From Nemertoderma westbladi (taxonomy: Eukaryota > Animalia > Xenacoelomorpha): a DNA stretch of 42,057 nt. Made by a program: the position numbers and the translations under genes. Positions 1-12,010 of the stretch are shown in pieces (the first letter of the stretch is position 1; each line of letters starts with the position of its first letter). The stretch lies in assembly GCA_032718475.1 (NCBI GenBank), contig JAUCBJ010007652.1, positions 1-42,057 of the forward strand, in the 5' to 3' direction. The notes beneath the pieces are model-generated. The model was given only the letters and a program-made list of their open reading frames with translations. It was not told the DNA's origin and searched no databases.

Positions 1-1075
1 TACCGGTATGATTTCAGTTCAAATTTATAGAAATAAATATAATAAACCTATTAGAAATACCGGTATATCAATTATTTAGGATAATTGAATTTCTGAAATT
101 ATAAGTTACTTAGTTACTTGAGTTTACTTTGTTACCGTTATGCAAGCAGTAGTCCAACTGATATTGTGACCTACTTGTTGTATGGCAGGCCTACTGATTT
201 ATAAATCTTTGGAGTTGATTTATAGTATATATATATATACCCTGATAAGGGATTTCGTTACAAGATTGAAATAGGTGTTACTATTTCCGGCAAAATACCA
301 CTACACAGAAGCTAAGCGCTTTCAGTGAAGTACTACTTATGGGACACTAAACAGAATAATTCTACTGGCCTACGTTACTTATTTACTAGTTACTTACTAT
401 CGGTGAGATTACAATCTCTAATAACACACAAAACGTTACGTACAGAAATTTTTAGGGCAATTTTACAGGGAAACTACTAACCAGTCTAACAAAGGGTTAG
501 AACTTCTGGCTATTACAACGAACAGGATACTACGGTATTTGAAAATAATAAGCAGAAGTAAATACTGCGTTGTCTAGATAGGAAAGTACCACCGCCTGAC
601 GACCTACAGCCGTATCGCTATAGGTACAACGTTATGTATCTACGGAGTGTTCCTACCTAGAAGTTAATTACCGCCGTCTACCAGAACGAGCGTGCCTATT
701 AACCACTTTACAACACAATAATGCCTACACTAATTACTTTCGGAAAGCACTGTACACTAAACCCTAAATTAGGTACAGGTACTTGTAAAAACAGATAACC
801 AGTAGTTAAATATACTTGAACAGTTAAAAGAACCACAGCATCTGCTGGAGTGACCGGGGCACTGAGTCACCAGTCTTTACCTACGCCAAGCAGCCCGTGT
901 AGTACTGGGGTTAATTTAACTATAACGGTATGTATAACAAACACAATCACTGTAGGAATAAACTTGGGGACATGAATGTTGCGAGTAATCGCATAAACTC
1001 TGAATAATAAATATTACGCTACCCGTACAGAATACTCAAATAAAATACAAACCAAATGCTGACAAACTACCATTA

Positions 1076-1570
1076 AGCCTAAATAAACTACAGGATGTGC
1101 AGATTCCGAAACTTGTTAGTGAGTATGCGTGCTAATACGGTAGCGCGGCTTATTCTTTAAGGGGGTTGACCTTACAACTTACGAGTTGCCCCAACTTACT
1201 AACTGGCACCTATCAGACTCTCTACACACGCGGCAATCCTTCAGACCCAACAACAGCTAGGCAACAATCCAGCCTACAAAATATCTAAATAATACTATTA
1301 CGGTATCTGAACAGACTATACAGACAGTACAGTATAAACGCTGACGGACTACTATCAAGCCTAAATAACCACAGTATATGCAGATTCCGAAACTTGTTAG
1401 TGAGTATGCGTGCTAATACGGTAGCGCGGCTTATTCTTTAAGGGGGTTGACCTTACAACTTACGAGTTGCCCCAACTTACTAACTGGCACCTATCAGACT
1501 CTCTACACACGCTGTAATCTTCAAGCCTAACAACAGTCAGACAACAGTCCAGCCTACAATGATCTGAACA
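1076..1570. repeat. Tandem duplication, 281-bp period
   Basis: tgcagattccgaaac...ctctacacacgc is identical at 1098-1231 and 1379-1512; the flanks are similar but diverged. Confidence 0.9.
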
Positions 1571-1742
1571 ATCTGAGCAGACTTACACGTCTTCGGCTCA
1601 ATACTGGCCTACAAACAAATAAAACTTGACAGAAATAAGTAAAAATCTCAATAAAAAACCAGGGCTGCAGTCCCTGATTGATTATTAAGACCTACTGGGA
1701 TATAACAATCAAAATCGAATAATACTAATGTACTTGCACAGC

Positions 1743-1820
1743 AGTACCGGTTATGACAGTTGGGCCTACGGACCTACGGTAGTAGTACCGGTTATGACAG
1801 TTGGGCCTACTGACCTACTG
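1743..1820. repeat. 41-bp tandem repeat (2 copies)
   Basis: agtaccggttatgacagttgggcctacNgacctac at 1743 and 1784. Confidence 0.85.
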
Positions 1821-3130
1821 GAGTGCCGGTATTTTCAATCTTATTGCTTACCGCAAATAAGATCGATAGCTATTATTGTACGCGCTTTTATAGACCTTCA
1901 GCAGTTTAACCTGCCGAAATTTATATGTCTTTATTGATAATCTGCCTTTTTTAAGATAATAAGATTTAATACAAAACAAACCAAAAACATTAGCCGAAGC
2001 CAGTCCATGCGCGTCCAAATGACCCGTTTATAACACCGGGAGACTGGATTCGTGGGCTTAAATTTATTTGCGGTCAAGCCTACTGTATTATTCGATTGAT
2101 TACTAATATATAATCTCTGACAAATATTATTCACTTTCGGGAAATATTAGCAGTTCCTTTTAGGACGTGGCGCTCTACCTATGTAAACAGAGTTATGACT
2201 GATACTACACACAACGATATGGCTTAAATTTCAAGCATAGGGCGCATTCTTTAGGAATGCTTTATTATCAGATCCAAATCACTTTACAATCACGCACGCT
2301 ACCGGTAACGCACAACACTGCTCACTGATATGCCGACAGTTACTGACTTTGATCAGGTATAAAGAGATATGCACTGGACTCAGGTAGTGTCTGTCAAACA
2401 ACATTAGATTCACTACAAACACAATAATAAAGTCGCAATTGTTGTACATAACCCTTCTCTCTAACCTGTAGTGTATCAAGGATATTGGGAAAACGTGGGT
2501 TGATTATTGATATTCTTCAACTAATAACATCCAATTATACTGATACAAAATTACAAACAGTAAAAGCAGTATGACGGTAGGTTAAGATATAATTAGATTG
2601 CATTGAATTAAGATCGATATAAATCGAGTTGATTTGGAATTGGTAAGATAATAGCTATGCTTTCTATAATTTAGCCTACTAATGTTCTTATAAAAAGGCA
2701 GAAAACATTTCGCTATATCAAAAACGGTCTTAAAACACTGATAATAAAGTCTAAAATCATAACAAAATCATAACAAAAAGTCCCGTGACTTTAGCTCTCT
2801 TATTTTCCAAGAATCCCGTTCAACGCATGTAATCAGCAGTGAGACAGGATAATTTCAGTTCAGTAGCTCGGGATTGGTCGAAATCAGAACTAACTCAACG
2901 CAGGGCTATGGGTAACTAGGGCAACCTTCCCAAGCCGGCTGGCCAATCGAACAGCTCAGATCCCTCCTAAAGGATTCCAACGCCTTGGAGGGGGGAACTG
3001 GTTAGCAAAGAAAACAAATCAGTCATATCCCAGAAAAACCTTTACAGTAGGTTTCAGAGTATTTTAGCGTATGGGGGAAAAACTGGGTTGCGGGGCGAAG
3101 GGCCAGTTACATCCCACAGAAGCTTTTACA

Positions 3131-5798
3131 GTCCTACAACGGCTTATACTTTACGGACGAACGGACGTCCACAACCCTTTCAAGACAGTGAAAAAAAACT
3201 GAGATTTCTATTTTCCAGATGTTATTAATGTCTTCCTTGGATAAAAAATAGTGTATGGTACGCAACACCATAGAAAACCCTCTGGGAAGAGGAAAAAAGA
3301 GAAACCGGGTGAGGGGTGCTTTGGGTCCGTTAGGAACCAAAGTATAGCATCGAAAAATAATCCCAGTCTATAGTCCTATAGTCTATCAAGCAAACAGTCG
3401 GCCGAAGCCGGAGGCGAAGGCTCCTCTTTCGATAGCTGCTACCCGAGGGTAGGGGTGGGCGCTACTCCTATAGTCTATAGGTTGTTAAAAATAGTCCGAA
3501 AAGTTTTAATATTGAAAAATTGTCGTAAAATACTTGGTGCGGCTTCACGCTATTGGAAAACTTGGCAATAGTGCAAACACCAGGTTACTTTCTGTGTCCA
3601 AACGGTGGTGGGAGTGATTGGACGCAGGAAGTTAGCTGATACCTTGTCCTACGACTCAAAGGTATGACTGACGTCGCGCCAATGACCCTGCTGGCAGAGT
3701 GCGCAAGCACTAGAGGGCTGGTTGGCCCAGAGCTCTTTCTCTGTAGGAACTACCCAACCCACGCTCCTAAGCCCCACCAACACTAAGCGAAGTAAAGGTG
3801 GGTATAGGAACAGTCCAACCCGGCTGCTAAGAACTGAGCCAAGATAGCGTGCCAAGAGCTGCCATACAAGCCCGAGTGTTACTGACTGCTGAAATAGTGA
3901 AATGTGGCCCCTTATAAACCCAGTGTTAGGGGTCAATAAGGAGTTGACCCCTAATTATCACTTGCTAAGAATAGTGGTCTTTCCTTAACACGAATTTGTT
4001 AATACACGTTAAAGTTATAATTGAAATTGGCAGGTGAACTATGTCCTTTATTATTTAACATAGCTTCCCAGGGATAATGTGTGTAAACCAATCATAATAG
4101 GTTTAGTCAGGCTAATGAGAGTGATGCTCTCCCATTGGGTGGAGGTAATTGGGAGAGATGCCAGGAAGATATTACTGACTGGTGGGTTTATTGAGTGTTT
4201 GAAGGTAACTGCAAAGAGCAAAGGGCCGTTGAATATTGGATGGCAATGACAGGAGGTTTGGATGAGAGATGTGGATGGGAATAATATGGGAATTTATATA
4301 CTGCATCTAAAGTGGTATAGTGCTGCCTACGTAGGCGTGAAAAATATATTACATTGCTGTTGACACTTTTTGAAATTATAAAAAAAATGGGAAAACATTG
4401 GTATTTCAGGTTTAAATTGTTACAGAATATATTTATGACCAAAAATATTAATGATATTATAACAGTTTTACAGCTTATAATAATTTTTTTTCAAAAACTA
4501 CTAGCTAGTAAAAAATACTCTAGCTACCACAAAAAATATCTGCTAAGATTCTAGAACATTCACCAATATCAAAAAAAAAACACTCAAAAACACAAAAAAA
4601 GGTTAAAAAAAATAACAGGGGGAAGTTCATTTTTGGATAGTTTACCTTAGATTGTAGGATTCAGGCTAAAAACAAAACACTGGGAACTTTAAAAATATAT
4701 AAATACCTTGATAATAATTATTGTAACTAATAGATTTGTACACTAATGAAGTTGAAAAAGTAGTAATTTCCACTAATTGTAAAAAGGTTTGCACTAATAC
4801 AGAAATTATAATATAATAAAGAAAGGATGTATAAAATACCAACGATTATACTAAATCATAATTGCCGATTATTAACATTAAGAGAAATAGGTATTGTGAA
4901 TGTAACTCGGGCTTTGGCAACAGGAATAGTGAATGCAGAATGTCGGAGATGGAAACTGCAGGCAGTTCGAAATGATAATCAATGCAATGTCCTCTGTAAG
5001 TGGCTGAAAGAACTACCAAATGTCCTTCGCATTGATCTACGGAAGTTCATTCTACATGCTTATATTATGGCATTTAAACAGTTGAGGAAGAAGTTCAATA
5101 AATTATATCCGCCATATAATGCTAATAATGATATACATTTCAGGAGAATAGGGAGATGGCTTCAGAGACATGTATTGCGAAAGAAACCAACTTTGGGCGG
5201 CATTATGGAAACCTACAGAAATCTTTACCTCAATCAATGTTTTTGTACAATTGTCCCGTCAATTGATATCAATGAAGAGTTTGCCGGAGAATTTCAATAC
5301 ATGGCAATTGTTATCCGTCTACTAAGTTGGCTGCCAAAAATGGCAGATGCACTGACGTCAATAGATGTGCTATATTTGTCACGAGACCAGTGGTCCCGCA
5401 CACTGAATACTGTTTTTACAGGCAGATTTATATTTCCTTTGCTCGTATCTATAAAAATTCCACACATAACTGAAGACATTCTCAAAGGTATCATATGCAG
5501 CTGCCCCAATCTCAGAGTTCTACATATTCCTTGTTCTGATGTCACCATCGACACATCTACACTACAGAGTCTAGCACAACTGGAAAGTTTGCAGGTGTTG
5601 AATATTCAGATGTGTGCTGAGATATCAATTGATAAAATAATTGAAATGCAAAAAATGCTGCCAAAGATCGACATTATTACATATAAATCAAGGGAGATAC
5701 TTGAGAGAAACATAAGTAACTTTCGTTTCCGCTATTTCAGTGTTTTTAACAGTAATGATACTGATCAATCTATCACTGACTACCTCAAGGAAACCGTA
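3131..5798 (+). repeat. Segmental duplication, copy 1
   Basis: Starts gtcctacaacggcttatac and is near-identical to 12011-14689; the sequences upstream of the two copies are unrelated. Confidence 0.97.
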
Positions 5799-6446
5799 AT
5801 TCCTCATTGCCGAGATGATATCGAAGAGCTTGTGTTTAGAGTTTATTTATATCAGGATCTCCAATTATTCGACCAACTTAAAGCATTTCCCAACTTGTCT
5901 AAGTTGATTTTCAAAGTGAACGGTGAAATGTTTCCAGAAATTATAATGGAAACAGCTCATAGAGGAATTACTCTCCCAAATGTCACAGAATTGTTTTTAA
6001 GTGTGTTCTTTTCTGATCCAGTCATTTTGGCTGATTTAGGCTACATATTTCCAAATGTAAAGAAATTGAAATTACACATTGAATTTCTTGAAAACCCCTC
6101 TAACAATATTATAATGAGATTTCTTCAAATGCTCCATATACAAATATATAACTACCAAAGTCTAATAATGTTACTAAGAGCTTTGCAACCATCATTAACT
6201 AAAATATCCATTATCTTTGATCTTAACTATTCCCATTTTGGTGTGCCACAACCTACCCAATCAGAAGTAAAGGAAGATATCAAGGCAATCATAGATTCTG
6301 GGACTTTTGATAATTTAGAGTCTTTCAGCTTGATTAACAGCAGCATAATATATTTTAATGATTTATCAGCTAAGGAATTTGGGGAAATATTAGCTGATTC
6401 AGTATGGAAACGATGTAAGAAGTTGCACCATTTAATAATCATTTAA
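4827..6446 (+). CDS. Intronless 539-aa LRR protein with putative N-terminal BC-box/Cul2-box (PRAME/ZYG11-like architecture)
   Basis: Long ATG-initiated ORF in AT-rich DNA. LRR-like units: CPNLRVLHI, LESLQVLNI, FPNLSKLIF, LPNVTELFL, FPNVKKLKL, FDNLESFSL, CKKLHHLII. TLREIGIVNV and LKELPNVLRIDL resemble BC and cullin boxes (inference). Confidence 0.8.
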   Translation: MYKIPTIILNHNCRLLTLREIGIVNVTRALATGIVNAECRRWKLQAVRNDNQCNVLCKWLKELPNVLRIDLRKFILHAYIMAFKQLRKKFNKLYPPYNANNDIHFRRIGRWLQRHVLRKKPTLGGIMETYRNLYLNQCFCTIVPSIDINEEFAGEFQYMAIVIRLLSWLPKMADALTSIDVLYLSRDQWSRTLNTVFTGRFIFPLLVSIKIPHITEDILKGIICSCPNLRVLHIPCSDVTIDTSTLQSLAQLESLQVLNIQMCAEISIDKIIEMQKMLPKIDIITYKSREILERNISNFRFRYFSVFNSNDTDQSITDYLKETVIPHCRDDIEELVFRVYLYQDLQLFDQLKAFPNLSKLIFKVNGEMFPEIIMETAHRGITLPNVTELFLSVFFSDPVILADLGYIFPNVKKLKLHIEFLENPSNNIIMRFLQMLHIQIYNYQSLIMLLRALQPSLTKISIIFDLNYSHFGVPQPTQSEVKEDIKAIIDSGTFDNLESFSLINSSIIYFNDLSAKEFGEILADSVWKRCKKLHHLIII

Positions 6447-6527
6447 TAATCTACAGGTGGCATCTAGTGAATGGTGATGATGAAATATTTCTTTAAATGT
6501 TATAAACTTAACTGCAATAGACGTTGA

Positions 6528-7190
6528 TTATATAACAAGATTTACTGTTTGATTAACTATCTCTGGGGGCACTTTAATCAATAATGTAATATAATAATAA
6601 AATGTAATATAACTTTTATAATATGTATTATAACTATAAATTGGAAATTTTATCATTGAAAAAATCGAAAAGCAGTTATTGATTAATTTGACTATGTTTT
6701 TGGTTTTGGTGATGGGATTTGTAGGACACTTTCTTTGAATTAGCAAGTTGTTGTCATATGCATACAGCAGAAGAGGTGAGATTCCAGTTCCCAAGATGAA
6801 TAGTTAAAATAGCTCTGCGGTAAACCCTCCTAAACCTTCCGTGGTGCACCATTTCTTCTGGCTGACAGTCTGAACTAATGAACCTGTTTGATCAATATGG
6901 ATTAAGGATATATGTAGTTGAATGAAACAACCACATATGAACTGTGTCACTACAAAGATATATGCTCTGCTCTGTTTGCGAAGATAATATATAAGACTGT
7001 GGATAACACATAACGTAGTTGTGAAGATAATTGAAAACAGATGTAAAGGATCCTGATTCGTTAATTATATTTACTTCCCACGAATTTGGAATCCATAATA
7101 ATTTAACATAGCATTTTTCAAACAATAACATTCTTCATGCGAATCAAATGCAATGTATGTATCAAAATTTAATTGATGTGGGAAAACCAT
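6528..7190 (-). pseudogene. Possible decayed membrane-protein ORF
   Basis: The frame of ORF 6528..6794 extends about 220 codons with only three internal stops by manual translation, including hydrophobic segments (PLHLFSIIFTTTLCVIHSLIYYL, AYIFVVTQFICGCFIQLHISL). No family recognised. Confidence 0.3.
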
Positions 7191-7308
7191 TTAAGTCAAT
7201 AAACATACTACTACTACTATGCTACACACCCGGGGAATTTTAATTAATTACCACCAGGTTAGGTTTCGCTTCTTCCATTCCAAACTCCGTAAATAGTACA
7301 ATGTTTAA

Positions 7309-8896
7309 CCCTATTAGTACCGGGCTATAAAATGTTGTACTAATACCGGGGGGGGGGGGGGGGGGGTCATATTGACCCTTCCCTCTAAAATCTACAAATA
7401 TTTACGAAAACGTCTGATTTTTTGTTTGTACGTAGGTATCACTTGTCTGGATTCGACCGAAAAAAAAAAATTTCGAAAAAATGTACTGGGGTGGTTATAT
7501 TGCAGCACCAAAATTACAAGTAGTGCACAATTATCACAAAATTTGAAAGTTAAATTTTCGGCCAATTATTTTTCAATACAAGTTTTCTGGGGTGCAAAAT
7601 ACATTGGAAAATATTTAAAAATGATGTGATTACTATAAATGGCTGTTTAGTCCTCTCTGCGTAGGAAAAAAAATGAAAAAAACAAGTAACCAGCACTTTT
7701 CAGTTTGAACACAAAATTTTTAATTCACTTATACAATGCTATAAATTCACATTTATAGGTTTTCTTGGGCGCTGATTCTAATGGAATACATTTCTAATAT
7801 GCCAGATCATTACTACTTGTATTTTTCGGCGTAATTTGGCAAATTTTGGTGCTAGCACCAAATTTCATACCCATCACCAAAAAGTACAAGTTTGCGATGT
7901 CCAGTGCTGTTTTTATTGATTCCATCGGATTCAGGACCCTCATAAACCCGTATAACGCAAAAAACAAGGTGGTACTATCTAACTGATCAATTTGCATATT
8001 TTCCAAAATTTGGTGCTGGCACAACAATTTTCACCCACCGGCGAAAAATACAAGTTTGAGAACTCTTATGAAATTTTTACTGATTCCATTGAATTCAGAA
8101 CCATCACAAACCCGTATAACGCAAGAAACAAGGTGACACAATCAATTGATATATTTGATGGATTTCAAAATTTGGTGCTAGCACCACATTTTGCACCCAC
8201 ATCCGAAAAATACAAGTTTGAGATGTCTAGTTTGATAATTATATATTCCATTGAATTCAGAACAGCGATAAACCTCTAAAACGCAAGAAATAAATTGTCA
8301 CAAGCAATTTTATCTATTGAATGGATTTTCAAAATTTCGTGCTAGCACCAAAATTTGCACACAGCACCGAAAAATACAAGTTTGATACGCTTGGTGCAAC
8401 TCGTATATATTTCATCGAATCCAGAACCCAAAAAAACCCCAATTGCGTAAAAAACAAGTTTCAAACAATCAATTTACAAAATTGACATATTTCAAAATTT
8501 GGTGCTGGCACCAAAATTTGGCACCCACCGAAAAAAACAAGTTTGAAATTTCTAAATCAATTTATATGAATTCCATCCAATTGCTAACACCAAAAAACCG
8601 GTATAAATCAAAAATAGAGATGTTACAATTCATATATAATGAAATGTAATTTTCAAAAAACGTCTCAAAAAAAGAGCCAAAAGTAGGGTTAAAAAATGGT
8701 GCTATAACTCAAAAACTACCCAATATTTTTGAAAACGGTTTTCACTACTAGGAAGACAATAGATTTTTAGGAAAATTCATAAAATGTCAAATTCCCAACT
8801 GCGTGTGTTTCAGAATTATAATAAAAAAACCACGGGGGGGTCATATTGACCCCTCCCCCCTGGGTTTAATAGGGTTACCCCCCGGGTTTAATAGGG
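7309..8896. mobile_element. Non-autonomous piggyBac-type element
   Basis: TTAA at 7305-7308 and 8897-8900; CCC...GGG termini; TIR ccctattagtaccggg / cccgggtttaataggg (13/16); subterminal palindrome ggggtcatattgaccc near both ends; the right terminus is locally duplicated. Confidence 0.9.
7840..8640. repeat. ~163-bp tandem array (5 units) inside the piggyBac MITE
   Basis: Palindromic aaatttggtgctRgcaccaaaattt core recurs near 7841, 8005, 8166, 8330 and 8493, each followed by aaaatacaagtttga-like sequence. Confidence 0.9.
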
Positions 8897-10071
8897 TTAA
8901 TGAATACAAGCTTTCTTACATCAACAAAATTGGGCGCTAAAAAAACTGGTAACATATTACATATTCCCTTCAGCAATTCACAATCCCAAGATTATTCCCA
9001 AATTACTCCCAAAAATCAATAAGTTGTAAGTAGATAAATCTATGCGAAAACAATTAAGTTAGCATTGTAAGCAGAAAACAAATACCATCGTTTACTTTCG
9101 TAATAATAATGACTTATGTGTGTATTTTGTGCTGTGTTTCAATATGATAATTTATACATCCTAGTTTGATAGCATTCATATGTTCTACAAAATATGTGAT
9201 CAAAGTTCAGTTTCTAAAATGCATAAAGGATATCCTTTAAAGAAACAAATAAGCCCTTTGATCCAAGCTATATGAATGAGTCCAATCTCGAACGCATTTA
9301 GTTATTGAGTTTAAAAAATTAGATAAAGCCAGACTCAAGAATTGTTTAGCATGTGTGATTATTTAGACTGATGAAATATCTCTGATTTAAAATTTTCCTA
9401 TTATTTAGTCTTACTGCATACTGGTACTAGTTCAGACAGGGTGACTTACTATTTGATTCACTATTGTTAATATTACATGATAGCAAAATGTTCTACAACA
9501 TGAAATCTATTGTTCGCCTTATTTTCAATTTGGTACCAGTTGCACATTAATTTCATAAACTCATTTAATATGAAAAATTCAAAAAGCCCCGGGTACCATA
9601 AACAAAAAAACTAGAAATCTGTACTCCGAAACTTACTCACACATGGGCTGTTTTTCCGGAAAGCTGACTGTAAAATTTTATTACATATATTGAAAGAGCA
9701 TCGACGTAGAAAAGGTTTGCAAGTAATTTGAACAAAATCCATTCACACACTCAAAAGTTATTGCAACTTTAATAATGTCTGCAAGGCGTACTCCAAAACG
9801 GAACTCAGTATCCAATATTGGTTTATGTTGTTAAGCGGCTCTCTAGTTACCTAATAATTATTCGGGAACACTAAATTATTTTAACATTGAGTAAGGCAAC
9901 ATCGAGAGTTGAAAAGTACAATAATTTGAATTGCAGTAACTATGGAAGCAATATAGTAAAATAATGTAGTTCAAATTAATTTATTTTGTAACACTACTGT
10001 ACTGTAGTATATAGCTATGTTTTATTAAATAATTTAGCAACAAAAACGTAGCAATTTAAGAATAAATGACG

Positions 10072-10203
10072 TATTACATGGGAAAAAAAGTAGAACATTT
10101 TTTTTCCAAATTTTCTCAACCATTTATTAATCTCGCTGACGCTCGGTTAATAAAATGCCTGGAGAATAAGGATAAAAAGTTCTACTTTTTTTCCCATGTA
10201 ATA
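10072..10203. mobile_element. Short foldback/MITE (possibly Crypton-type non-autonomous)
   Basis: Perfect 25-bp inverted repeat tattacatgggaaaaaaagtagaac (10072-10096 / 10179-10203) with central tcgctgacgctcg. Family assignment is tentative. Confidence 0.6.
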
Positions 10204-12010
10204 AATAATTATTTGTCTCTATTTATATGCCTATTTCATATTATATTTTTATCCTATACGGATAAAAAATTCGGACAAAAAAATAGTACTTCCTTTTTGT
10301 AATAGAAATAGTTATTATTATTTAGTATGAGTTAATAATCTAGAAGTCCATGGACAATGATATATGTAGCACTCTAAATAATTGGGCACTCCCAGGCAAA
10401 AGGGTCCCTACTTCGCCCTGAAGACACCCCTTACAATTTTTTTCTACCAGTCCTTTTCTAGTGTTTTCAATTTTTTTTTTTTATTATTATTTCTAGATAA
10501 ATGTATATTGGGCTATAAATTTAACTACATACGAATATAATTATTCACTAATAACTAACTATTCCATAAATTCAACTACCTAATCTACTAGTTCTAGAAA
10601 TAACGGCTGATTGAATAGAGTTTGTAAAGGTTTCATCTAGTATTCCTCCTCTCTTTCCTCTCCTTCTTCTTCTTTTTCCAGTGTTTTCAATAATTTTTTG
10701 GAATTGGTGAATGTTCTGTGTTTTGCGAACAGTACTGTGTTTTCTGCATAACCTCTACCAAATTTTCTAAATCTAGCTAGATTTTGTTACTTTTTTTAAA
10801 ATGTTCTAGAACATAATGTCTAAATAAAATACTTTAAAAATTTTGTTCTATAATAAATAAATAATTTATCTAATAATCTATAATAAATGTCTAAATAAAT
10901 ATATAAAAAAAAAATAATAATAATAACCAAAAGAAATAGGGTTGGTGGCTCCATGACATACCGGTACTAAATATAATAATATCAGACTTTGATGAAGTAT
11001 GAGTAAGGACAAGTTAGATGATACCCGTAATTACTAATGATTCTAATTAAATTTAAGAAAGTTATAGTTGGAAGAAGAATGGGTGGAGATGGAGAATCCC
11101 AACGAAGGCGACTCAACCCTGTTGTCTAAAATGTCTAATAAATTACTTTAAAAATTTTGTTCTATAATAAATAAATTGTTGTTCTAGAACATTTCATAAA
11201 ATAGCAATCCTATTTGTAAATTTTTTAACATTTAATTTTCATTATTTTTTATGTTATCTTTGTTTCCATAAAGTATAGTCAATCAGTTTTGCTAGCTATT
11301 CTCATCGAAAACACTATTTATAGAACTTTATATTTTCTGTGCATAAAACAAAAATATTTCATGTTAATTTATAACACATAGCCAATATTATTCATTAAAT
11401 TGTATTTATTAAATATAAATACTCAACATAAAATATTTTAACTAGCTAATAAAAACTACTAGCGAATAATTATAATCACTAGCTACCATGATAATTTGTA
11501 TTTGTTAGGAATTGTTCTTAACGCTAATCAAATAAAGGCTATAGTTCCGTCCGTATGTGCCAACATTTTCAGTTTGCTCTAAAATAAATAAAAAAAACAT
11601 CTAAATCTAAATAAAAAAAACAGCAAAAAAACATATTTTTTTAAATGTTCTACAACTAAAGATATTTGTTCTAGAACATTCTTTTAAAAAAATAAATACT
11701 ATTTGTTCTAGAACATGTTTAAAAAAATAACAAAAAATAGCTAGGAAAACAACAAAAAACCTAATTAATTTAAAATGTTCTAGAACAACAATGCCCTAAA
11801 CACAGTAGTACCATATGTTCTATAACATTATTAGATAGATATGTATTTCATGGTAAATGGTGTTTTTTTACTAGCTTGTAAAGGATTTCTCGCTCCTAAA
11901 CGGCTTTTAAATGTATCTCAAAAATGTTTCCAAGTCCTAACACACTTCGTTTACTGGTTTAGTTTCTCTTGGTCGAGATGACTGACTTGAAATAGCTCGC
12001 ATAACACACG

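Noticed and set aside
3649-4442. 95-aa and 84-aa minus-strand ORFs present in both duplicates
   Set aside because: Their conservation is explained by the recent duplication; non-ATG starts and no protein-like features.
7840-8640. CRISPR-like regularly spaced palindromes
   Set aside because: The spacers are homologous to each other, there are no cas genes, and the context is a eukaryotic MITE.
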